The position numbers and the translations under genes were made by a program. Positions 37,401-47,987 of a stretch of DNA of 64,000 nt are shown one piece after another. Below the pieces are notes generated by a model. It ran no database searches. It was not told the origin of the DNA and saw only the letters and a program-made list of their open reading frames with translations. The stretch is from Eledone cirrhosa (Eukaryota), in contig OZ024744.1 in assembly GCA_964016885.1 (NCBI GenBank), positions 134,292,001 to 134,356,000 on the forward strand, given 5' to 3'. The stretch's first letter is position 1. Each line of letters begins with the position of its first letter.

Positions 37401-39245
37401 TTAAGTTAAGTTGGGGTTAAGTTAAGTTGGGGTTAAGTTAAGTTGGGGTTAATTTAAGTTGGGGCTAAGTTAAGTTGGGACTGAGTTAAGTTGGGGTTAA
37501 GTTAAGTTGGGGTTAAGTTAAGTTGGGGTTAAGTTAAGTTGGAGTTTATTTAAGTTGGGGTTAAGTTAAGTTGGGGTTCAGTTAAGTTGGGGTTAAGTTA
37601 AGTTGGGGTTAAGATGGGGTTAAATTAAGTTGGGGTTAAGTTAAGTTGGGGTTAATTTAAGTTGGGGTTAAGTTAAGTTGGGGTTAAGTTAAGTCGGGGT
37701 TAAGTTAAGTCGGGGTTAAGTTAAGTTAGGGTTCAGTTAAGTTGGGGTTAAGTTAAGTTGGGGTTGAGTTAAGTTGGGGTTGAGTTAAATTGGGGTTGAG
37801 TTAAGTTGGGGTTGAGTTAAGTTGGTGTTGAGTTAAGTTGGGGTTAAGTTAAGTTGGGGTTAAGTTAATTTGTGGTTAAGTTAAGTTGGGGTTAAGTTAA
37901 GTTGGGGTTAAGTTAAGTTGGGGGTAAGTTAAGTCGGGGTTAAGTTAAGTTGGGGTTGAGTTAAGTTGGGGTTAATTTAAGTTGGGGTTAAGTTAAGTTG
38001 GGGTTAAGTTAAGTTGGGGTTAAGTTAAGTTGGGGTTAAGTTAAGTTGAGGTTAAGTTAAGTTGGGGTTAAATTAAGTTGGGGTTAAGTTAAGTTGGAGT
38101 TAAGTTAAGTTGGGGTTAAGTTAAGTTGGGGATAAGTTAAGTTGGGGATAATTTAAGTTGGGGTTAAGTTAAGTTGGGTTTAAGTTAAGTTGGGGTTAAG
38201 TTAAGTTGGGGATAAGTTAAGTTGGGGTTAAGTTAAGTTGGGGTTAAGTTAAGTTGGGGTTAAGTTAAGTTGGGGCTAAGTTAAGTTGGGGCTGAGTTAA
38301 GTTGGGGTTAAGTTAAGTTGGGGTTAAGTTAAGTTGGGGTTAATTTAAGTTGGGGTTTATTTAAGTTGGGGTTACGTTAAGTTGGTGTTAAGTTAAGTTG
38401 GGGTTAATTTAAGTTGGGGTTAATTAAGTTGGGGTTAAGTTAAGTTGGGGTTAAGTTAAGTTGGGGTTAAGTTAAGTTGGGGTTAAGTTAAGTTGGGGTT
38501 AATTTAAGTTGGGGTTAAGTTAAGTTGGGGTTAAGTTAAGTTGAGGTTAAGTTAAGTTGGGGTTAAATTAAGTTGGGGTTAAGTTAAGTTGGGGTTAAGT
38601 TAAGTTGGGGTTAAGTTAAGTTGGGGATAAGTTAAGTTGGGGATAATTTAAGTTGGGGTTAAGTTAAGTTGGGGTTAAATTAAGTTGGGGTTAAGTTAAG
38701 TTGGGGTTAAGTTAAGTTGGGGTTAAGTTAAGTTGGGGATAAGTTAAGTTGGGGATAATTTAAGTTGGGGTTAAGTTAAGTTGGGTTTAAGTTAAGTTGG
38801 GGTTAAGTTAAGTTGGGGATAAGTTAAGTTGGGGTTAAGTTAAGTTGGGGTTAAGTTAAGTTGGGGTTAAGTTAAGTTGGGGCTAAGTTAAGTTGGGGAT
38901 AAGTTAAGTTGGGGTTAAGTTAAGTTGAGGTTAAGTTAAGTTGGGGTTAAATTAAGTTGGGGTTAAGTTAAGTTGGGGTTAAGTTAAGTTGGGGTTACGT
39001 TAAGTTGGGGATAAGTTAAGTTGGGGATAATTTAAGTTGGGGTTAAGTTAAGTTGGGTTTAAGTTAAGTTAGGGTTAAGTTAAGTTGGGGATAAGTTAAG
39101 TTGGGGTTAAGTTAAGTTGGGGTTAAGTTAAGTTGGGGTTAAGTTAAGTTGGGGGTAAGTTAAGTCGGGGTTAAGTTAAGTTGGGGTTGAGTTAAGTTGG
39201 GGTTAATTTAAGTTGGGGTTAAGTTAAGTTGGGGTTAAGTTAAGT
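27921..39245 (+). repeat. Copy 2 of the ~11.3-kb tandem duplication
   Basis: Same markers as copy 1. The distal part matches 24.9-25.8 kb at offset 13418 (TTACG 24957/38375, 25580/38998) and 27.1-27.9 kb at offset 11312 (27686/38998). Confidence 0.88.
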
Positions 39246-42200
39246 TGGGGTTAAGTTAGGTTGGGGTTAAGTTAAGTTGAGGTTAAGTTAAGTTGGGGTT
39301 AAATTAAGTTGGGGTTAAGTTAAGTTGGAGTTAAGTTAAGTTGGGGTTAAGTTAAGTTGGGGATAAGTTAAGTTGGGGATAATTTAAGTTGGGGTTAAGT
39401 TAAGTTGGGTTTAAGTTAAGTTGGGGTTAAGTTAAGTTGGGGATAAGTTAAGTTGGGGTTAAGTTAAGTTGGGGTTAAGTTAAGTTGGGGTTAAGTTAAG
39501 TTGGGGCTAAGTTAAGTTGGGGCTGAGTTAAGTTGGGGTTAAGTTAAGTTGGGGTTAAGTTAAGTTGGGGTTAATTTAAGTTGGGGTTTATTTAAGTTGG
39601 GGTTACGTTAAGTTGGTGTTAAGTTAAGTTGGGGTTAATTTAAGTTGGGGTTAATTAAGTTGGGGTTAAGTTAAGTTGGGGTTAAGTTAAGTTGGGGTTA
39701 AGTTAAGTTGGGGTTAAGTTAAGTTGGGGTTAATTTAAGTTGGGGTTAAGTTAAGTTGGGGTTAAGTTAAGTTGAGGTTAAGTTAAGTTGGGGTTAAATT
39801 AAGTTGGGGTTAAGTTAAGTTGGGGTTAAGTTAAGTTGGGGTTAAGTTAAGTTGGGGATAAGTTAAGTTGGGGATAATTTAAGTTGGGGTTAAGTTAAGT
39901 TGGGGTTAAATTAAGTTGGGGTTAAGTTAAGTTGGGGTTAAGTTAAGTTGGGGTTAAGTTAAGTTTGGGATAAGTTAAGTTGGGGATAATTTAAGTTGGG
40001 GTTAAGTTAAGTTGGGTTTAAGTTAAGTTGGGGTTAAGTTAAGTTGGGGATAAGTTAAGTTGGGGTTAAGTTAAGTTGGGGTTAAGTTAAGTTGGGGTTA
40101 AGTTAAGTTGGGGCTAAGTTAAGTTGGGGATAAGTTAAGTTGGGGTTAAGTTAATTGAGGTTAAGTTAAGTTGGGGTTAAATTAAGTTGGGGTTAAGTTA
40201 AGTTGGGGTTAAGTTAAGTTGGGGTTACGTTAAGTTGGGGATAAGTTAAGTTGGGGATAATTTAAGTTGGGGTTAAGTTAAGTTGGGTTTAAGTTAAGTT
40301 GGGGTTAAGTTAAGTTGGGGATAAGTTAAGTTGGGGTTAAGTTAAGTTGGGGTTAAGTTAAGTTGGGGTTAAGTTAAGTTGGGGCTAAGTTAAGTTGGGG
40401 CTGAGTTAAGTTGGGGTTAAGTTAAGTTGGGGTTAAGTTAAGTTGGGGGTAAGTTAAGTCGGGGTTAAGTTAAGTTGGGGTTGAGTTAAGTTGGGGTTAA
40501 TTTAAGTTGGGGTTAAGTTAAGTTGGGGTTAAGTTAAGTTGGGGTTAAGTTAAGTTGGGGTTAAGTTAAGTTGAGGTTAAGTTAAGTTGGGGTTAAATTA
40601 AGTTGGGGTTAAGTTAAGTTGGAGTTAAGTTAAGTTGGGGTTAAGTTAAGTTGGGGATAAGTTAAGTTGGGGATAATTTAAGTTGGGGTTAAGTTAAGTT
40701 GGGTTTAAGTTAAGTTGGGGTTAAGTTAAGTTGGGGATAAGTTAAGTTGGGGTTAAGTTAAGTTGGGGTTAAGTTAAGTTGGGGTTAAGTTAAGTTGGGG
40801 CTAAGTTAAGTTGGGGATGAGTTAAGTTGGGGTTAAGTTAAGTTGGGGTTAAGTTAAGTTGGGGTTAATTTAAGTTGGGGTTTATTTAAGTTGGGGTTAC
40901 GTTAAGTTGGTGTTAAGTTAAGTTGGGGTTAATTTAAGTTGGGGTTAATTAAGTTGGGGTTAAGTTAAGTTGGGGTTAAGTTAAGTTGGGGTTAAGTTAA
41001 GTTGGGGTTAAGTTAAGTTGGGGTTAATTTAAGTTGGGGTTAAGTTAAGTTGGGGTTAAGTTAAGTTGAGGTTAAGTTAAGTTGGGGTTAAATTAAGTTG
41101 GGGTTAAGTTAAGTTGGGGTTAAGTTAAGTTGGGGTTAAGTTAAGTTGGGGATAAGTTAAGTTGGGGATAATTTAAGTTGGGGTTAAGTTAAGTTGGGGT
41201 TAAATTAAGTTGGGGTTAAGTTAAGTTGGGGTTAAGTTAAGTTGGGGTTAAGTTAAGTTGGGGATAAGTTAAGTTGGGGATAATTTAAGTTGGGGTTAAG
41301 TTAAGTTGGGTTTAAGTTAAGTTGGGGTTAAGTTAAGTTGGGGATAAGTTAAGTTGGGGTTAAGTTAAGTTGGGGTTAAGTTAAGTTGGGGTTAAGTTAA
41401 GTTGGGGCTAAGTTAAGTTGGGGATAATTTAAGTTGGGGTTAAGTTAAGTTGAGGTTAAGTTAAGTTGGGGTTAAATTAAGTTGGGGTTAAGTTAAGTTG
41501 GGGTTAAGTTAAGTTGGGGTTACGTTAAGTTGGGGATAAGTTAAGTTGGGGATAATTTAAGTTGGGGTTAAGTTAAGTTGGGTTTAAGTTAAGTTAGGGT
41601 TAAGTTAAGTTGGGGATAAGTTAAGTTGGGGTTAAGTTAAGTTGGGGTTAAGTTAAGTTGGGGTTAAGTTAAGTTGGGGGTAAGTTAAGTCGGGGTTAAG
41701 TTAAGTTGGGGTTGAGTTAAGTTGGGGTTAATTTAAGTTGGGGTTAAGTTAAGTTGGGGTTAAGTTAAGTTGGGGTTAAGTTAGGTTGGGGTTAAGTTAA
41801 GTTGAGGTTAAGTTAAGTTGGGGTTAAATTAAGTTGGGGTTAAGTTAAGTTGGAGTTAAGTTAAGTTGGGGTTAAGTTAAGTTGGGGATAAGTTAAGTTG
41901 GGGATAATTTAAGTTGGGGTTAAGTTAAGTTGGGTTTAAGTTAAGTTGGGGTTAAGTTAAGTTGGGGATAAGTTAAGTTGGGGTTAAGTTAAGTTGGGGT
42001 TAAGTTAAGTTGGGGTTAAGTTAAGTTGGGGCTAAGTTAAGTTGGGGCTGAGTTAAGTTGGGGTTAAGTTAAGTTGGGGTTAAGTTAAGTTGGGGTTAAT
42101 TTAAGTTGGGGTTTATTTAAGTTGGGGTTACGTTAAGTTGGTGTTAAGTTAAGTTGGGGTTAATTTAAGTTGGGGTTAATTAAGTTGGGGTTAAGTTAAG

Positions 42201-42960
42201 TTGGGGTAAGTTAAGTTGGGGTTAAGTTAAGTTGGGGTTAAGTTAAGTTGGGGTTAATTTAAGTTGGGGTTAAGTTAAGTTGGGGTTAAGTTAAGTTGAG
42301 GTTAAGTTAAGTTGGGGTTAAATTAAGTTGGGGTTAAGTTAAGTTGGGGTTAAGTTAAGTTGGGGTTAAGTTAAGTTGGGGATAAGTTAAGTTGGGGATA
42401 ATTTAAGTTGGGGTTAAGTTAAGTTGGGGTTAAATTAAGTTGGGGTTAAGTTAAGTTGGGGTTAAGTTAAGTTGGGGTTAAGTTAAGTTTGGGATAAGTT
42501 AAGTTGGGGATAATTTAAGTTGGGGTTAAGTTAAGTTGGGTTTAAGTTAAGTTGGGGTTAAGTTAAGTTGGGGATAAGTTAAGTTGGGGTTAAGTTAAGT
42601 TGGGGTTAAGTTAAGTTGGGGTTAAGTTAAGTTGGGGCTAAGTTAAGTTGGGGATAAGTTAAGTTGGGGTTAAGTTAAGTTGAGGTTAAGTTAAGTTGGG
42701 GTTAAATTAAGTTGGGGTTAAGTTAAGTTGGGGTTAAGTTAAGTTGGGGTTACGTTAAGTTGGGGATAAGTTAAGTTGGGGATAATTTAAGTTGGGGTTA
42801 AGTTAAGTTGGGTTTAAGTTAAGTTGGGGTTAAGTTAAGTTGGGGATAAGTTAAGTTGGGGTTAAGTTAAGTTGGGGTTAAGTTAAGTTGGGGTTAAGTT
42901 AAGTTGGGGCTAAGTTAAGTTGGGGCTGAGTTAAGTTGGGGTTAAGTTAAGTTGGGGTTA
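37900..42960 (+). repeat. Four copies of a short ~1.23-1.29-kb local HOR, arranged as 2 x 2,525 bp
   Basis: TTACG-GGTG at 38375, 39606, 40900, 42131 (spacings 1231, 1294, 1231); TTAGGTTGGGG at ~39256 and 41781; GTTTGGGATA at 39963 and 42487. Confidence 0.85.
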
Positions 42961-45619
42961 AGTTAAGTTGAGGTTAATTTAAGTTGGGGTTTATTTAAGT
43001 TGGGGTTACGTTAAGTTGGTGTTAAGTTAAGTTGGGGTTAATTTAAGTTGGGGTTAATTAAGTTGGGGTTAAGTTAAGTTGGGGTTAAGTTAAGTTGGGG
43101 TTAATTTAAGTTGGGGTTGAGTTAAGTTGGGGTTAAGTTAAGTTGGGGTTATATTAAGTTGGGGTTAAGTTACGTTGGGGTTCAGTTAAGTTGGGTATAA
43201 GTTAAGTTGGGGTTAAGTTAATTTGGGGTTAAGTTAAGTTGGGGTTAAGTTAAGTTGGGGTTAAGTTAAGTTGGGGTTAAGTTAAGTTGGTGTTAAGTTA
43301 AGTTGGGGCTAAGTTAAGTTGGGGCTGAGTTAAGTTGGGGCTGAGTTAAGTTGGGGTTAAGTTAAGTTGGGGTCAAGTTAAGTTGGGGTTAAGTTGGGGT
43401 TAAGTTAAGTTAGGTTTAAGTTAAGATGGGGTTAAGTTAAGTTGGGGTTAAGTTAAGTTGGGGTTAAGTTAAGTCGGGGTTAAGTTAAGTTGGGGTTAAG
43501 TTAAGTTGGGGTTAATTTAAGTTGGGGTTAAGTTAAGTTGGGGTCAAGTTAAGTTGGGGTTAAGTTGGGGTTAAGTTAATTTGTGGTTAAGTTAAGTTGG
43601 GGTTAAGTTAAGTTGGGGTTAAGTTAAGTTGGGGTTAAGTTAAGTCGGGGTTAAGTTAAGTTGGGGTTAAGTTAAGTTGGGGTTAATTTAAGTTGGGGTT
43701 AAGCTAAGTTGGGGTCAAGTTAAGTTGGGGTTAAGTTGGGGTTAAGTTAAGTTAGGTTTAAGTTAAGTTGGGGTTAAGTTAAGTTGGGGTTAAGTTAAGT
43801 TGGGGTTAAGTTAAGTTGGGGTTAAGTTAATTTGTGGTTAAGTTAAGTTGGGGTTAAGTTAAGTTGGGGTTAAGTTAAGTTGGGGTTAAGTTAAGTCGGG
43901 GTTAAGTTAAGTTGGGGTTAAGTTAAGTTGGGGTTAATTTAAGTTGGGGTTAAGTTAAGTTGGGGTTAAGTTAAGTTGGGGTTAAATTAAGTTGGGGTTA
44001 AGTTAAGTTGGGGTTAAGTCAAGTTGGGGTTAAGTTAAGTTGGGGATAAGTTAAGTTGGGGATAATTTAAGTTGGGGTTAAGTTAAGTTGGGTTTAAGTT
44101 AAGTTGGGGTTAAGTTAAGTTGGGGTTAAGTTAAGTTGGGGTTAAGTTAAGTTGGGGTTAAGTTAAGTTGGGGTTAAGTTAAGTTGGGGCTAAGTTAAGT
44201 TGGGGCTGAGTTAAGTTGGGGTTAAGTTAAGTTGGGCTTAATTTAAGTCGGGGTTAAGTTAAGTTAGGGTTCAGTTAAGTTGGGGTTAAGTTAAGTTGGG
44301 GTTAAGTTAAGTTGGGGTTAAGTTAAGTTGGGGTTAAGTTAGATTGTTGTTAAGTTAAGTCGGGGTTAAGTTAAGTTGGGGTTAAGTTAAGTTGGGGTTA
44401 ATTTAAGTTGGGGTTAAGTTAAGTTGGGGTTAAGTTAAGTTGGGGTTAAGTTAAGATGGGGTTAATTTAAGTTGGGGTTAAGTTAAGTTGAGGTTAAGTT
44501 AAGTTGGGGTTAAATTAAGTTGGGGTTAAGGTAAGTTGGGGTTAAGTCAAGTTGGGGTTAAGTTAAGTTGGGGATAAGTTAAGTTGGGGATAATTTAAGT
44601 TGGGTTTAAGTTAAGTTGTGGTTAAGTTAAGTTGGGGTTAAGTTAAGTTGGGATTAAGTTAAGTTGGGGTTAATTTAAGTTGGGGCTAAGTTAAGTTGGG
44701 ACTGAGTTAAGTTGGGGTTAAGTTAAGTTGGGGTTAAGTTAAGTTGGGGTTAAGTTAAGTTGGAGTTTATTTAAGTTGGGGTTAAGTTAAGTTGGGGTTC
44801 AGTTAAGTTGGGGTTAAGATGGGGTTAAATTAAGTTGGGGTTAAGTTAAGTTGGGGTTAATTTAAGTTGGGGTTAAGTTAAGTTGGGGTTAAGTTAAGTC
44901 GGGGTTAAGTTAAGTCTGGGTTAAGTTAAGTTAGGGTTCAGTTAAGTTGTGGTTAAGTTAAGTTGGGGTTGAGTTAAGTTGGGGTTGAGTTAAATTGGGG
45001 TTGAGTTAAGTTGGGGTTGAGTTAAGTTGGTGTTGAGTTAAGTTGGGGTTAAGTTAAGTTGGGGTTACGTTAATTTGTGGTTAAGTTAAGTTGGGGTTAA
45101 GTTAAGTTGGGGTTAAGTTAAGTTGGGGTTAAGTTAAGTCGGGGTTAAGTTAAGTTGGGGTTGAGTTAAGTTGGGGTTAATTTAAGTTGGGGTTAAGTTA
45201 AGTTGGGGTTAAGTTAAGTTGGGGTTAAGTTAAGTTGGGGTTAAGTTAAGTTGGGGTTAAGTTAAGTTGAGGTTAAGTTAAGTTGGGGTTAAATTAAGTT
45301 GGGGTTAAGTTAAGTTGGGGTTAAGTTAAGTTGGGGATAAGTTAAGTTGGGGATAATTTAAGTTGGGGTTAAGTTAAGTTGGGTTTAAGTTAAGTTGGGG
45401 TTAAGTTAAGTTCGGGATAAGTTAAGTTGGGGTTAAGTTAAGTTGGGGTTAAGTTAAGTTGGGGTTAATTTAAGTTGGGGTTTATTTAAGTTGGGGTTAC
45501 GTTAAGTTGGTGTTAAGTTAAGTTGGGGTTAATTTAAGTTGGGGTTAATTAAGTTGGGGTTAAGTTAAGTTGGGGTTAAGTTAAGTTGGGGTTAATTTAA
45601 GTTGGGGTTGAGTTAAGTT

Positions 45620-46010
45620 GGGGTTAAGTTAAGTTGGGGTTATATTAAGTTGGGGTTAAGTTAAGTTGGGGTTCAGTTAAGTTGGGTATAAGTTAAGTTG
45701 GGGTTAAGTTAAGTTGGGGTTAAGTTAAGTTGGGGTTAAGTTAAGTTGGTGTTAAGTTAAGTTGGGGCTAAGTTAAGTTGGGGCTGATTTAAGTTGGGGC
45801 TGAGTTAAGTTGGGGTTAAGTTAAGTTGGGGTTATATTAAGTTGGGGTTAAGTTAAGTTGGGGTTCAGTTAAGATGGGTATAAGTTAAGTTGGGGTTAAG
45901 TTAAGTTGGGGTTAAGTTAAGTTGGGGTTAAGTTAAGTTGGTGTTAAGTTAAGTTGGGGCTAAGTTAAGTTGGGGCTGATTTAAGTTGGGGCTGAGTTAA
46001 GTTGGGGTTA
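45620..46010 (+). repeat. Local tandem duplication, 192 bp (12 monomers)
   Basis: TATATT at 45641/45833 and CTGATTT at 45784/45976. Confidence 0.8.
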
Positions 46011-47987
46011 AGTTAAGTTGGGGTCAAGTTAAGTTGGGGTTAAGTTGGGGTTAAGTTAAGTTAGGTTTAAGTTAAGATGGGGTTAAGTTAAGTTGGGGTT
46101 AAGTTAAGTTGGGGTTAAGTTAATTTGTGGTTAAGTTAAGTTGGGGTTAAGTTAAGTTGGGGTTAAGTTAAGTTGGGGTTAAGTTAAGTCGGGGTTAAGT
46201 TAAGTTGGGGTTAAGTTAAGTTGGGGTTAATTTAAGTTGGGGTTAAGTTAAGTTGGGGTCAAGTTAAGTTGGGGTTAAGTTGGGGTTAAGTTAAGTTAGG
46301 TTTAAGTTAAGTTGGGGTTAAGTTAAGTTGGGGTTAAGTTAAGTTTGGGTTAAGTTAAGTTGGGGTTAAGTTAAGTTGGGGTTAAGTTAATTTGTGGTTA
46401 AGTTAAGTTGGGGTTAAGTTAAGTTGGGGTTAAGTTAAGTTGGGGTTAAGTTAAATCGGGGTTAAGTTAAGTTGGGGTTAAGTTAAGTTGGGGTTAATTT
46501 AAGTTGGGGTTAAGTTAAGTTGGGGTTAAGTTAAGTTGGGGTTAAATTAAGTTGGGGTTAAGTTAAGTTGGGGTTAAGTCAAGTTGGGGTTAAGTTAAGT
46601 TGGGGATAAGTTAAGTTGGGGATAATTTAAGTTGGGGTTAAGTTAAGTTGGGGTTAAGTTAAGTTGGGGTTAAGTTAAGTTGGGGTTAAGTTAAGTTGGG
46701 GTTAAGTTAAGTTGGGGTTAAGTTAAGTTGTGGCTAAGTTAAGTTGGGGCTGAGTTAAGTTGGGGTTAAGTTAAGTTGGGCTTAATTTAAGTTGGGGTTA
46801 AGTTAAGTTAGGGTTCAGTTAAGTTGGGGTTAAGTTAAGTTGGGGTTAAGTTAAGTTGGGGTTAAGTTAAGTCGGGGTTAAGTTAAGTTGGGGTTAAGTT
46901 AAGTTGGGGTTAAGTTAAGTCGGGGTTAAGTTAAGTTGGGGTTAAGTTAAGTTGGGGTTAATTTAAGTTGGGGTTAAGTTAAGTTGGGGTTAAGTTAAGT
47001 TGGGGTTAAGTTAAGATGGGGTTAATTTAAGTTGGGGTTAAGTTAAGTTGAGGTTAAGTTAAGTTGGGGTTAAATTAAGTTGGGGTTAAGTTAAGTTGGG
47101 GTTAAGTCAAGTTGGGGTTAAGTTAAGTTGGGGATAAGTTAAGTTGGGGATAATTTAAGTTGGGTTTAAGTTAAGTTGGGGTTAAGTTTAGTTGGGGTTA
47201 AGTTAAGTTGGGGTTAAGTTAAGTTGGGGTTAATTTAAGTTGGGGCTAAGTTAAGTTGGGACTGAGTTAAGTTGGGGTTAAGTTAAGTTGGGGTTAAGTT
47301 AAGTTGGAGTTTATTTAAGTTGGGGTTAAGTTAAGTTGGGGTTCAGTTAAGTTGGGGTTAAGTTAAGTTGGGGTTAAGATGGGGTTAAATTAAGTTGGGG
47401 TTAAGTTAAGTTGGGGTTAAGTTAAGTTGGGGTTAAGTTAAGTCGGGGTTAAGTTAAGTCGGGGTTAAGTTAAGTTAGGGTTCAGTTAAGTTGGGGTTAA
47501 GTTAAGTTGGGGTTGAGTTAAGTTGGGGTTGAGTTAAATTGGGGTTGAGTTAAGTTGGGGTTGAGTTAAGTTGGTGTTGAGTTAAGTTGGGGTTAAGTTA
47601 AGTTGGGGTTAAGTTAATTTGTGGTTAAGTTAAGTTGGGGTTAAGTTAAGTTGGGGTTAAGTTAAGTTGGGGTTAAGTTAAGTCGGGGTTAAGTTAAGTT
47701 GGGGTTGAGTTAAGTTGGGGTTAATTTAAGTTGGGGTTAAGTTAAGTTGGGGTTAAGTTAAGTTGGGGTTAAGTTAAGTTGGGGTTAAGTTAAGTTGGGG
47801 TTAAGTTAAGTTGAGGTTAAGTTAAGTTGGGGTTAAATTAAGTTGGGGATAAGTTAAGTTGGGGATAATTTAAGTTGGGGTTAAGTTAAGTTGGGTTTAA
47901 GTTAAGTTGGGGTTAAGTTAAGTTGGGGATAAGTTAAGTTGGGGTTAAGTTAAGTTGGGTTTAAGTTAAGTTGGGGTTAAGTTAAGT

